Source: Moniliella sp. 'wahieum' (Eukaryota). From it: a DNA stretch of 64,000 nt. The stretch spans positions 186,001 to 250,000 of the forward strand of contig RSEE01000008.1 of assembly GCA_003971905.1 (NCBI GenBank). The letters run 5' to 3'. Each line of letters begins with the position of its first letter. Positions within the stretch are counted from its first letter, which is position 1. The position numbers and the translations under genes were made by a program. The notes beneath the pieces are model-generated. The model was given only the letters and a program-made list of their open reading frames with translations. It made no database searches and was not told the DNA's origin. Positions 50,094 to 61,032 of this stretch are shown here, piece by piece.

Positions 50094-50610
50094 CGTATGT
50101 TGCGCTCCTCAGTGCAGAGATAACGTGGCAGTTAGTACGTCTCGGGTCTATTCGACTTGAACGCATATGCGCCCGAACGAAGTTCACTTGGCGTATCCAC
50201 TACAGACTGAGATAGTAAGATCCAAAAGAAATGCACTGTCCTCTCCGCCCACCAAATGCGCCCAAGAAAAAGATACCGGTACGGGACATGGGGAGCATCC
50301 TGCGTCCTGCGTCCTGCGTCATGTGGGAAAGCCGAGTGCGACTACCTGTCTCCACCCAAGAGGATCTGCGGAAGCGGCAGAAGGGTTATAGGTGAATCGT
50401 GATGCATCTTGTAAATGGTACTAAGACGAGCACAGATCATCGATCATCGATCATCGATCGTTTTGACGATCTCGATCACCTTCATCATGATCAGCGAGCG
50501 CTCAGCCTGAGCCCGCACGGTCCCCCCGGTTGCCCTGCAGGATGCTCTCCATCCACCGAGGGGCCATGTACCAGGCACTGGTGTGACATGTGATGACGCG
50601 AAGGCCGTTC

Positions 50611-53600
50611 CTACGTCCCATGTCGCGCGTCACGTCTAGCATACTCTGCCTGCCCCGCTTCAAGCTTCGCCTCGCCTCGAGAGCGCCGACGTGTGTGGTC
50701 TACGCAGCCCAAAACGGCGACTAGGGGGGAACTGCGATTGTGGGCGCGTATATGCTGGAGGCTTGGGATCGTATAGTTTACACGCACTAGCACAAAGAAG
50801 GGGGGAAGGGCACCCGGACAGGCACCCAGACACCCAGACAGATACCCAGGCACCCAGGCAGACAAGCAGATGGGCAGATGGGCAGACGGGCAGACAAGCA
50901 GACAGGCAAGCAAGCAAACAGGTAGGCAAACAGACAGACAGACAGATCCCAACACGCACGCTCAGCGCTTGCGGGGGCTTTCATCGCGTACCGCGCCCCG
51001 CTCCCCGCCACCACGCACAGCCGGTGGCACACTGTGCTACAGCGCAAACCAGCGGCTGCCGCAGAGACACGAGGAAGCGAATCCGCCCTGGTGGAGGGAC
51101 GGGTGAGGCCGCCGCAGGCCGGGCAGATACCCAGCGCGTAACCAGTCTGCTTGGCTGGTGCTGGAGCTGGTGTGGGGGCAGAGAGGCCAAGTGGGAGCGG
51201 GGTGATGCCCACGGCTGCGGGGGTGGGTACCAGAGCATCCAGTCCGCCACCGGGTGTGGTAGGTGGAGAGCTGGGTGGGAGGAAGATGGGTAAACCGCTG
51301 GTGTAGCCGGAGCGAGCGGCAGACGTTCTTTGGTGAGCATGTCGCGTGGTGGGGGCGGTAGAGCGAGGTCAGCTACGCCACCGGCAAATAGTACCCCGTT
51401 GGAGCGGGACGGATCCACAGGCCGCATCCACTCTTCGTCCCAGTTAGTTTCCCCTGCCGCCTGGGGGGCCAGGAGGAGCGCCAGCCCGTCTTGGATGCAC
51501 CCGTTGTGTGCGTCTCCTAATGTGGCAAAAAGTTGGGCCAGGGCGGTGTCGCGAGACTGGGTGCCAGGGGGCCGTGGATCCCAGACGGGACCCTCGGCTG
51601 CGCCTACCGCCGCCTTGCGCGTCTCCAGTACCTTTGCCACAGCCGTCAGGTCAAGCACGCTATGGCGGGCTTGTTGCTGGAGCAAGTGCGAGACGACCTT
51701 GGCTTGATCCAGTAGACTCTGGCACAGCGGGTTCGAGCCACGGTACTTTGGTGATCGGTGTGACTGTCGAGGTTTGTTCCGTCGGATTGCGTTGCAGACT
51801 TACTTTTTGTCCTTGCGGTCCCGTAAATCCCGCCGCGCGGCTGCGCAGCGTAGTGGCAGCACATCAAGAAACTCCTGTGCGTGGGGCGGCGCATCGGGCT
51901 TCCCCCTTGCGAGCCACTGGTGAAATGCCAACACGTGTCGGACCGCGCGCAACCACAGATCGCACCCCGTGGGCCCTAGGAGGGAGCGCACCCACAACGA
52001 CGAAGCCTCCTCCTTCCATACCCGTTCTCCGGGCGCTGCACGCGCATCCTCATCAACCTCCACATGGAGCAGGGCGAGACGGAAGAGGAAACAAAGTTGT
52101 TCCCCGACCCACTCGGAAAAGCGGAGCAAGGTCCAGGCATGATCAATAACATAGTATCCATCGTTTTTTGCGCGCCGTCGCTTCGGCTGGGGAAAGGAGC
52201 TCAACGTTGGCGCGTGCCATCCTCTGAGATTGGTCAAAGAAGCGTACGATGGTGGCTAGCTCCAACAGTGTTCTCGCACCCCGGTGGCCCTGGGCTGCTT
52301 TGGTCAGGTCTCGCAACAGACTCGCGTCTTGGTACGATGCGCCTTGTCTCAACGGAAGGCGAGGGATGCCCCCCTTGAGCAGGTCCCGCAAACGGGATCC
52401 CATCGCTTGCTTGGTTCCGAGTCGGATCTGCTGAAGCACAAGCTTGCCGTGCGAGTCGATCTGGGCAAAGAACCCAAAGTCGCTCGAAAAGGCCGGCGCG
52501 CAATCGAGAGCGCCATGCACGTTCATCCGCATGGGAGAAGGGGAAGTTGAAGCTTCCTTGGCCACCTCCTGTAAGGGAGACCAGGGTAGAGATAGCCAGT
52601 CCTCACGTCCGAACCGCCCTTGGCCTCGGAGAGACCCACGAACAAATTCGACCGCATCGTGACAAAGCCCGATGGGGCGGGACGAATCGTGCGATGGCAT
52701 GGTCCAGCTCCTTGTCGGAGAGCACTGTGGTGACCCAATCAGTTTCCTCTGCCTCGGGCCGCCAGTCTGGGAAAATGGGGGGAAAGGGGAGCTTTTGTGT
52801 ATCTTGTGTTTCTTTCATCATGGGGCTGTGGTTCCCGAGGTGCTGAAACGCTTGTGACACCTCGTTTTGCGGTTGCACCGCCTTCAGCTCCCATGCGATC
52901 AGGCGGGTGCCCGATGGCGACAAGGCAGCTGCGGGCTCGTGTCTCGCTGAGGGGGCAGGATCGCCCAAGGGCGATCCATCTGGGGCGGGCGGAGCCACAG
53001 CAGGCGCAGTTCCCAACGCCACACACAGTGCCACGCCAGAGGAGATGTCGGAGGCAGATGCGTCTCTCGTCTCGGTTCTGGGCAAGTGGACGAGTTGGAC
53101 ATCTTGGATTCCTAGCAGGACGGACGAGTCGCTCACTGCATTCGGTTGCAGATGCGCTGGCGGGACGAGGGGCGAGGAGGAGGATTGGAGAGAATCGTTG
53201 CGCGAGTGAGGAGGGGTCTGACTGCGAGCCGCGATGGCAAAGGAGATGGGCCAGACGGGAGCAAGTGGACAGGTACGCATAATGTCGCCCTCTACACCCT
53301 CGAGAGACCAGGAGAGTTTCACCTCTGTCAACCAGATGGCCTCCTCCCATGGATCAACAGAATGAGACGGGTTCCGTTCCATGTCCCCATCAGCACTGCC
53401 TCGGCCGTCCAGCCCGAATGAGAAGTTGCCGTGCGCATCAAAAGCTATCGTCATCACAACGAACAGTTAGTACCAAAGGGAAGATCATGTCACGGTCAAC
53501 TTACAAGAAAGTCCCGATGTACCGGTAGGCGAGGAGCACAGTTCCCGTGTTTGCATTGCGACCAAGATCGAGTTGCTCTCCTTGATCAAGCCAATGCTCG

Positions 53601-55196
53601 ACCGCACCACCCCACGAGGCGCGCGCAACTCCGAATTGGCATTCACGTAGCTTCTTGGTCTAGATGGCAACGGCGAGTCGAACGGTTCCGATGCTTGGGA
53701 CGAGGCAAGGCATGCACCCAGTAAGCTAGCCTCGAGGATGGAGAACAAACGAGGGAGTGTCCCCTTTTCTGCCCATCGAGTCAGGCGATGGAACTGATAC
53801 ACCTTCCCCTGGGATCCAACCAAAATAAACGCCTCTTCTTCTCCCTTTTGTGCCCGCGGAAAGGGAACTGGGGCCCACGTACTGGCGTACGGGATGCCGG
53901 TGCCGATGAAAAGGGGTCCAGCATGGGCCGTCGGCCCAAACCAAGCCAGCACAACTCCACAGGTTCGTCCGACAATTGGTCCATCCCCTCATTGGGTTTG
54001 ACCAAGTTCTCGACCGCTGCGCGAACCGAGGCGCGATGCACATCTCCGCTGACCAAGGCCGAGCCGGCAAACAGTTCTCCAAATGTAGGATCCTGTGGCA
54101 GACCCGACGTTGAGGCAGAAGCGGTAGCCAAGCAAGACGTATTCGACACGAACTGCTGCACCAGCACCCAGTCGTTCAATGCCCCGGATTTGCCTCGAGA
54201 CCAAATGCAAAGACGCCCTAGCGGAATGTCGGTGCACGCATGGCCGGGCGGGAAGTAGGCGACTAAGGTGCCTCCCGAGGGCTGAAGGATACCAGCCGAG
54301 CTGCTGCCAAGGCCGATGAATCCAAAGCGGACGCCACATGATTGGTGGCTGCCTCGGGAGCAGTGGAAGGGAGGGCATGCGCGTCTTCGTTTGGAGGGTG
54401 GGGGAGAAGGTACTGCGTTGGTTCGAGTAGGTCCGAAAGGTGACCTCGCTGAGGGTCAAAGGGAAGTGGTACACCAGTTGGTCCATTTGTCATCCCCGAG
54501 GTGGTCGATGATGACGGGCCGCGGAGCAAAGAGGGGGGATAAAGTCGATGGGCGATAGACGGGTGTACTCGCGATCTTGGGGGGGATGCAGCCTGGTACT
54601 TGTGTACAGCCCCAGGCACGAGCGAGATGCAAGGCTGAGAAGAGCGTGAGGGGGTAGCGGCAGGAGTGTCGGCAAAGGCGATCAGGTCATCGCATGACCA
54701 ATCGACTGGGTGCTGAGTAGCCCCCAGAGCATCCGTTTGCTGATTCCTCGCTCGTCTTTCAAAGCAGCATCAGACGGTGCGGTCTGTACAGCGTCGGCGA
54801 GCTGCAGCCACGCACGGGCTCGGGTCCGGACGGGAGAGGATGGAGTGGACGAAGGCTTCAGGATAGAGGGGGGGAATGGTTGTCAGGGAGGGAGGATGGG
54901 GGATGCTGCGGCAGTGAGGGTTGCGGTGGTGGGCGAGCTAAAACAGAAGGGAGGGTGGGCGACGAAGCGTCGTGCACGGCCGGTGTGGTGGCAGCTGAAG
55001 CGATGCTTGTCGGTGCCGGCGGGGAGAGCACGGACGGGGAGGCGGCTGAGGGGGCAGGAACAGGGTGTGGGGCGGCAGGATGCGGGTAGGGGCCGCTGAG
55101 GCGCGGCTGCTTGGTGTGTGGGAAGGGCAGGGCATCAATGACAGCAAGGTCGTCCCACTTGCGCTTGGGGTGCGCAGCGACCGACGTGGGGGTCAT
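50611..55196 (-). CDS. MED16: Probable Mediator tail subunit Med16/Sin4
   Basis: Long multi-frame minus-strand coding region from MTPTSVAAHPKRKWDD. It has a beta-propeller-like N-half (HPVDWSCDDLIAFA, LCIWSR...LNDWVLVQQF, WLTEVKL, AALSPSGT), a helical C-half (DAVEFVRG...DWLSL, VIDHAW...FSEW) and a terminal RDMLTKERLP...CHRLC. Assignment is by overall architecture. Confidence 0.6.
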
Positions 55197-55642
55197 TGTC
55201 GATCGGGAAGAAGGAGCAGGGGGGCAGGGGGCAGCGTGTCCACGAGAGTCAAGCGCAGCCCCTTGGAGTGGGCTGGGTGGGGGTGGGCGGCGGGGGTGGT
55301 TGGTGGCAAGTGCAGGCGGTGGTGGCGGTGGCGCAGGCGGTGGGGGCGGTGGGGCGGTGGTGGCGGTGGTGAGGAGGTGGTGAGGAGGCGGCGAGGGATC
55401 GACTTGTTCCGGCCGGCGTGGTCGGGGCGGGAGGGGCTGGCTGGGTTTGGGTGGTTTGGATTTGGATTTTGTTTTTGTTTTTGTTTTGATTTTGCTTTTG
55501 GCGGGCGGATGCGGGTTTGGTGCTGTGGATGCGCACGGCGTACGCGTCGACTGGGTGGGGCCGCCGACGCGAGCAAGACGCTGCCGACGCTCTTCTGCCC
55601 GCTGCTCTGCCTGCTCCGCCCCGCCGCCGCCTTCCCCCCGCC

Positions 55643-58600
55643 ATGCCGGGCGCCCACACACCCACCCCCACATGGCCGGCCAGGCGCCGCTTCCCGCACG
55701 AACGCGTCTTGTCGACCAGCGCTGAGCCCCGCTATGGACGCTGTTCTGCTCATCACGCCCCCGCCCCCTCCCGCCCCCGGCGCGGGCCCCGCTGCCACAC
55801 CCGCATGCCACCCAACATGTCCCTCGCCCAGCGCCGCATGCGCGAGATGCTCCTGCGTCGTCAGGCTGCCAAGTCTGGTGCGGCAACTTCCCTTTCGCCC
55901 GCTGCCAGTGGCCCCAACTCTGAGCCGGCCCGGGGCGCTCCCCTTCGGCTGGAGCTGTGGCGCTTGGCCGCGGACTGTGTCCGTCTCTGGGACGTCGAAT
56001 GTCCCCGGCCCAACATCTTTACCCCATCCACCTCCAACCAGCCCGAACGCGAAGATTGCTCGGTGCTTGGGATCGGATGGAGCCCCGATGGTACGTATTG
56101 TGCTTTCACCCAACCGAGCGTCTCCTGACCGTCTGACTGCCGTTCTGTCTAGGTCAAAAGATTGCGATCCATCTTCTTTTGACCCGGCTTGGCTCTTCGG
56201 CGCCCCGCCAAGCCACTGCGGTTCTTCTTCTCGACGTGCACACCGGTGCTGTGATCAAGTGCATTCGAATGGGCGAAACACGAACCCTGGCGGGCGTCTT
56301 GGACCAGCCCACGCCACCTCTTGTCTGGGTGGGCACGACCAGCAGCAGACATCCTGCGAGACCGACTTGGATCCCGCTTCTACCGTAACCGTGCTGCACA
56401 CCCTTCGCAGTTTGGCGCCGCTTCCGTCTCTACTTACATTACTGGCCTATGCTCCTCCCCGAGAAGAAAGCAGTGGTGCGACACAGGGCGCATGCTGCCA
56501 CATCAAATGCGGCTGCACCAGCTCATGGACGGCACTGGTCTACAGCAATCCTCTGAAACAGCAGACGAAGTGGATGGGAGTGGTCCCGAGCCAAGCGGCT
56601 GCGCAGTGGCTCAAGGTTTCCGTGTCGGGGACGTTGGAGAAGGGGCATGCGCCTCCAGCTACTTACTCTCTTGCCCAAATCCCCGTTTTGCCCATTTCTC
56701 CCTCCAGATGGGGGATGGTGGACCATGAGTTCCCCCCACCTGGAACCGGGAGGCTGGAGGTGGTCGCTCTCGGCGAGCGCGGGGTAGAACAAGATTGGAA
56801 CGAGATTGTATCGGATGTGCTTCTTGTTCCGCATCCCGATGGGGGAATCACATTTCTGGCTCAGGGAACCGTCCCGGTCGCCTGCCTTCCCGCTGATGGG
56901 AAACTTATCGATGTCAGCTGGTCTGGGCCCGGTGAGGTGCTGGTGGCGCTGGTACAGGACGGAGACCAACTCCATGCCCGTTTTGTACCACACCTCTTGT
57001 CGAGCCCACTCGCAACTCGGACCGGGGTTGACGGAGCAACGCAAGTCATATTATCTACCACCCTCCACCATCTCATGGCATATACTCTGGATGTACTCCA
57101 TGCCATGCGCCATGCTTGGCACCACACCTTTTGCCCTGCTGCCAAGGAGTGGCAGACGCACGCTGACGAGATGCGATCCAAGTTCTCCGTCAATTGGAAG
57201 TTGGAGCTCATGGCAGCGATGGCGGCGGGACGGATGGGGGATGGACTGAGCCACATTATGCTCAGCGAGATCAACGAAAATGTGAGCGCTTGTTGTCACT
57301 TGCGATCGAGACTTGTTTACTGACGTCTCCTCCTTTTCACGGCAGGCGTTAAATCGGTTACAAGACCGCATGTACAGTTCTCTCCGATTTCTTCGACGAG
57401 CGGCAGCGACCGCCCTAGGTCCCTTTGCGAACGTCTGCTCCTCGTTTTGCAGGCCCTGCGGGCTCACGGGCTGGCGAAACCAGGGTTGGAGGCAAGCGAA
57501 GAGGAGACGCTGGTCCAACACCTCTTACGCCTCAGTCTGGCTGTGGAGATCGAGTCAGAGAAGGAACTGTTGGCGTTGGGTGAATTTTACCTGTGGTGGC
57601 GGGGCGAACACGACCTTCAAGAAACCGAAACGCTTGAAGGGTACACGGTAGGACACGACGTGCTCACCACCGTCGAGTTTGTCCAGCGTGGCTTTGTCAT
57701 CCATTATTGCTCCGGCTCTTTGGCGCGTCAGACCTACTCGCCCCCCGGGCCCCAGCCTTGGAGAGCAAGTTGGATCTTGAAGCCATACTGGCTGAGACCG
57801 AGGCGTTAGTAAGTACCCCTCCCTTGCAGGCCGGGGACGTGCTTGTGCCAGCTGCAGCACTCCCAACGTACGAGCAACTGGGCCAAGTGTTCCAAACGAG
57901 CTTTTCCATTCCCGGACCGGGCGACACGACCGAGTCGGGGTCGGGAGACCTGCCTCCGCTGGAGGTTCGAGGGGGTTGTGGGCCTTGGCGGCGCATGCGG
58001 TCCAACATGTTTCCCAACGTTTGCAGGTGTGCCCGCTTGAGATTCCTGTGCCGACGAAAGGTCCTTCTTGGTCCCTGTCTGCCCCGCCTCGCTCGGGTTT
58101 GGTGCCGGTGCGACAAGTCCACTCCTTGCGCCCGGCGCGGATGCGGATGCGACAGCATCACCCACTCCGCAAGGGACTTGCATTCACCTTGTACCTCTCA
58201 CCGGAAACCGACGGATTCTTGTCATGCACCATCCCGATCCCGATCCCGACCACTCCACTCCCACTCCATCCACCTCGTCTTCCTACACGGTCCGAATGTG
58301 AGCCAGCACATCGTGATTGAGGTAGTGCTCTCCCCCCCGACAAGTTGGGGCCGTCAAGATGCTCCGTCATGGGCAGGAGGGGGAGGAGGAGGAGGAGATC
58401 GTGCTCCTCCTTCACACACCCAACGGCGACAGGCTCATTCATACCTCGCTCTCCCAAGTGCTGCTTGAAGCTCAAGACAACTCTTTCCTCTGCTCCATCC
58501 CCTTACGATTGCGATGGCGTCTGCCCCCTTCGGATCGGGTCGGCGGCAGAGCTACGGTGGGAACAGCCATACGGCTCTTACGTATTGCCGCTTCCTCGGC

Positions 58601-58741
58601 CGAGAGAGAGTGGCCGGTTGTCGGTCTGACGGAGAAACGGGCGGTCTGGCTCTGATTCTGTCAGCGTCGGAACCTGCTGCTGCCGGCCCAGAGGCCAAGA
58701 GGCAAGCGCTGGTCTATTGGGATTGGACCCGTGCAGAATAG
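55643..58741 (+). CDS. APC4: Anaphase-promoting complex subunit Apc4
   Basis: SPAMDAVLL...LRLELWRL...LWDV...VLGIGWSPDG|QKIAI...LLLDVHTG matches the ANAPC4 WD40 region. A helical region follows (HHLMAYTLDVLHAMRHAW...LELMAAMAAGR...EFYLWWRGE...HDVLTTVEFV). Confidence 0.8.
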
Positions 58742-59049
58742 CAAATGGGGCCAAAATGATATTGGGTTCTATTGGTGCGCCCTGCGGCGCCTAACAACTG
58801 AAGACTGAAGTGATACGTCGTACTAGAGGGCCACCGGCCCTACGGCCTGGTCAGGTGCTTAGTGCTTGGTGCTTGCTCGCCACCGTAGCCACCGTTCCCC
58901 TTCGCTACCGTAGTCACCGTTCCACCGTTCCACGCTGGAGAGCGGAATAGTATTCACCACTACGCCTTGGCGGAATTTTATCACCCGTGTGCAGCAGCGG
59001 GACTGGAAAGCGCCGGGTGGACTGGAACGTGGCGGGTGGCACGCTTACC

Positions 59050-59411
59050 ACTAAACTGCAGCTGGCAAATAAGCCGCCGCTCTTTTATTAAAAGGAGCAC
59101 TGGGAGGATCAGGAATGGAGGTCGACCACACGTTGCGCGACACGGGAACGCAAGAGGCGCAGAGCGCGTACCGGCGGGTGGTGCACGAGAGCACTGCGTC
59201 GCCTTTGGAACGCCGCGAGAAGGAACTGCTTCCGCTGCTTGAAAAAGCAGAATGCGACAAGAACGCCAAGTACCAGGGACGCACTCAAGAGCCGTTTTTC
59301 CCCCTGGTTTTGACGACGCGAGGATACTACGGCACCAAGACAACGGGCAAGTTGTTTGCGCATTGGAAGGAGTTGGCTACTATATTGGCCTACGTCTCCC
59401 AGCAAATCTGA
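59050..59411 (+). mobile_element. 3' fragment of a CRE-clade-like non-LTR retrotransposon (restriction-like endonuclease region)
   Basis: LLLKGALGGSGMEVDHTL...LLEKAECDKNAKY...PFFPLVLTTRGYYG follows the RLE pattern D.T / K..KY / F.P.V....G. Stops lie upstream and no RT domain is retained. Confidence 0.6.
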
Positions 59412-61032
59412 TGAACAACAGAGGCTGAAGGTGATGGTTCGAAGACAGGATGCGGGACTAGGCCCAGGACAGGAAGAAAAGGAGAAGAAGAAGGAGAAGA
59501 AACGGCTCGGGCGCTAGACCAGTCTGAGGTCCGAGCGAGTCCGATCGAATGCGCGTTCAGCGCGTTTGATGTGTGAGAAGGGACCAGGTCAATGTGGCTT
59601 AGAGGTGATTGGCCCTCGGACCTCCCGGTCAACATACTAAGTCTCAGTGGAAATGGTTCCTCGCTCGGATGTCAACCACGTTCATCGCGTCCACACGCGC
59701 TTCCTACTTACGGGACCGGATGGCGAGAACCGGAGGGTCCTGATATCCTGGCGATCCCCCTGATCCCTTGACCTTAGTGGCGCTTCCAAGTAACCCCCGC
59801 AAGATGAACGGTTCGGTTTAGACGTAGCGTTCCCCCTGTCCCAGCCTTAAGCTCTGTCAATGATATGGATTCAAAAGATAGATTACTAGTGGTGGAGATG
59901 ATGATAAGCCAGGTCGCGGTATATTGGTAGCCACCGCGTTGGATCTTGATGCTGTCCGTGCGAAGGGCGGTGTCACATGTCATGACCCCGGGCCACGCTG
60001 CAACGCGTTGGACGTTGAGTCGGTACTATGGCTATGACAAGAGATCGAGCGGCGAGCGAGATGAACCTGGGCCTGATCGATGATGCTGTGGATGGATGGC
60101 TGAAAAGTACGATTGCGATTGGTAATATGGAGCAGCGCTAGCCGTCGAGGGTCGAGTGTGACATGTGAGGTGTGAGGGCGAGGCCGTCGAGGTTGAGCAG
60201 GGCGAACGTTGGGCGTTGAGGCTGGGCTGCGTGCCATCTGTAGAGAGCCAGAGAGGCGCGCGAAGGGCACTTACTAGTTACTGGCACAGCCGCGTACGGC
60301 TCAGCTTGAGCACTGACGCGGGGTCCGGTCAATTCAACCGAGAGGGGGGGCGGCAGGGAGGGGAGAGAAGACACGGCAGGGCAGCGCGAGCTGCGGGTGG
60401 GATCTGGGAGAGGATGTGGGAGAGGACGTGGGATGGGGATGGGACCGATGGGGTTGGCGACGGCCATGGGCTGAAGCCGAGGGGGGGCAGACGCTGCAAG
60501 CGACGCAGCGGAAACGCGGCCAGAAGAAGGACAGTGGTGCAACACTGGCGCCGGGCGGGGGGACCCACCTGCCGAAAGTGGCCAGATGAGCAGAGGCGGG
60601 CACGGGGGCAGTGGGGCGGTGGCCGCAGGGCGCGAGTGCGGGTGGTGGCGTTGGCTTCGCGGGGCTTGCGGCGCTGGGAGCAGTGGGGAGTCTTGGGAAG
60701 CGCAGCCGCGCGGCTGCAGCCTGCCGACGCTGGTGTGCTGCGGTGGTGCTGTCGTGCGCTGTCGTGCGCGGTGCTGCGGTGTGCTGTCCTTGCGGTCCCG
60801 CGCTCTCCTGCGCGGCCCTGCGCCGCGCTGCCCAGCGGCCGGCAGTGCGCCCCGTGCGCCCGGGGTTGTGCGTTCTGGGGTTGGCTGGCGGGGTGCTGGC
60901 CGGGAGCGCTGCGGGCTGCTGCCTGCCGGCCGCCTGCCTGCGTGCCGCCGGGCATGCAGCGCTCCCTCGAGAGTCCCGCCGCGCGCTGCCCCCCCCCCAA
61001 TTTCCACCACCACCACCACTTGGGCCCCGGCC

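Noticed and set aside
50788..50960. Drifting (CAGA/CAGG/CAAG) repeats as a separate element
   Set aside because: They lie within a GTGCGT...TAG minus-strand intron of the MED16-like gene; ordinary intronic simple sequence.
55065..57323. 752-aa ORF as an independent protein
   Set aside because: Its first part spans the MED16 start and the divergent promoter, and only parts are the APC4 frame. Long spurious ORFs are expected at this GC content. The same applies to 60165-62072.
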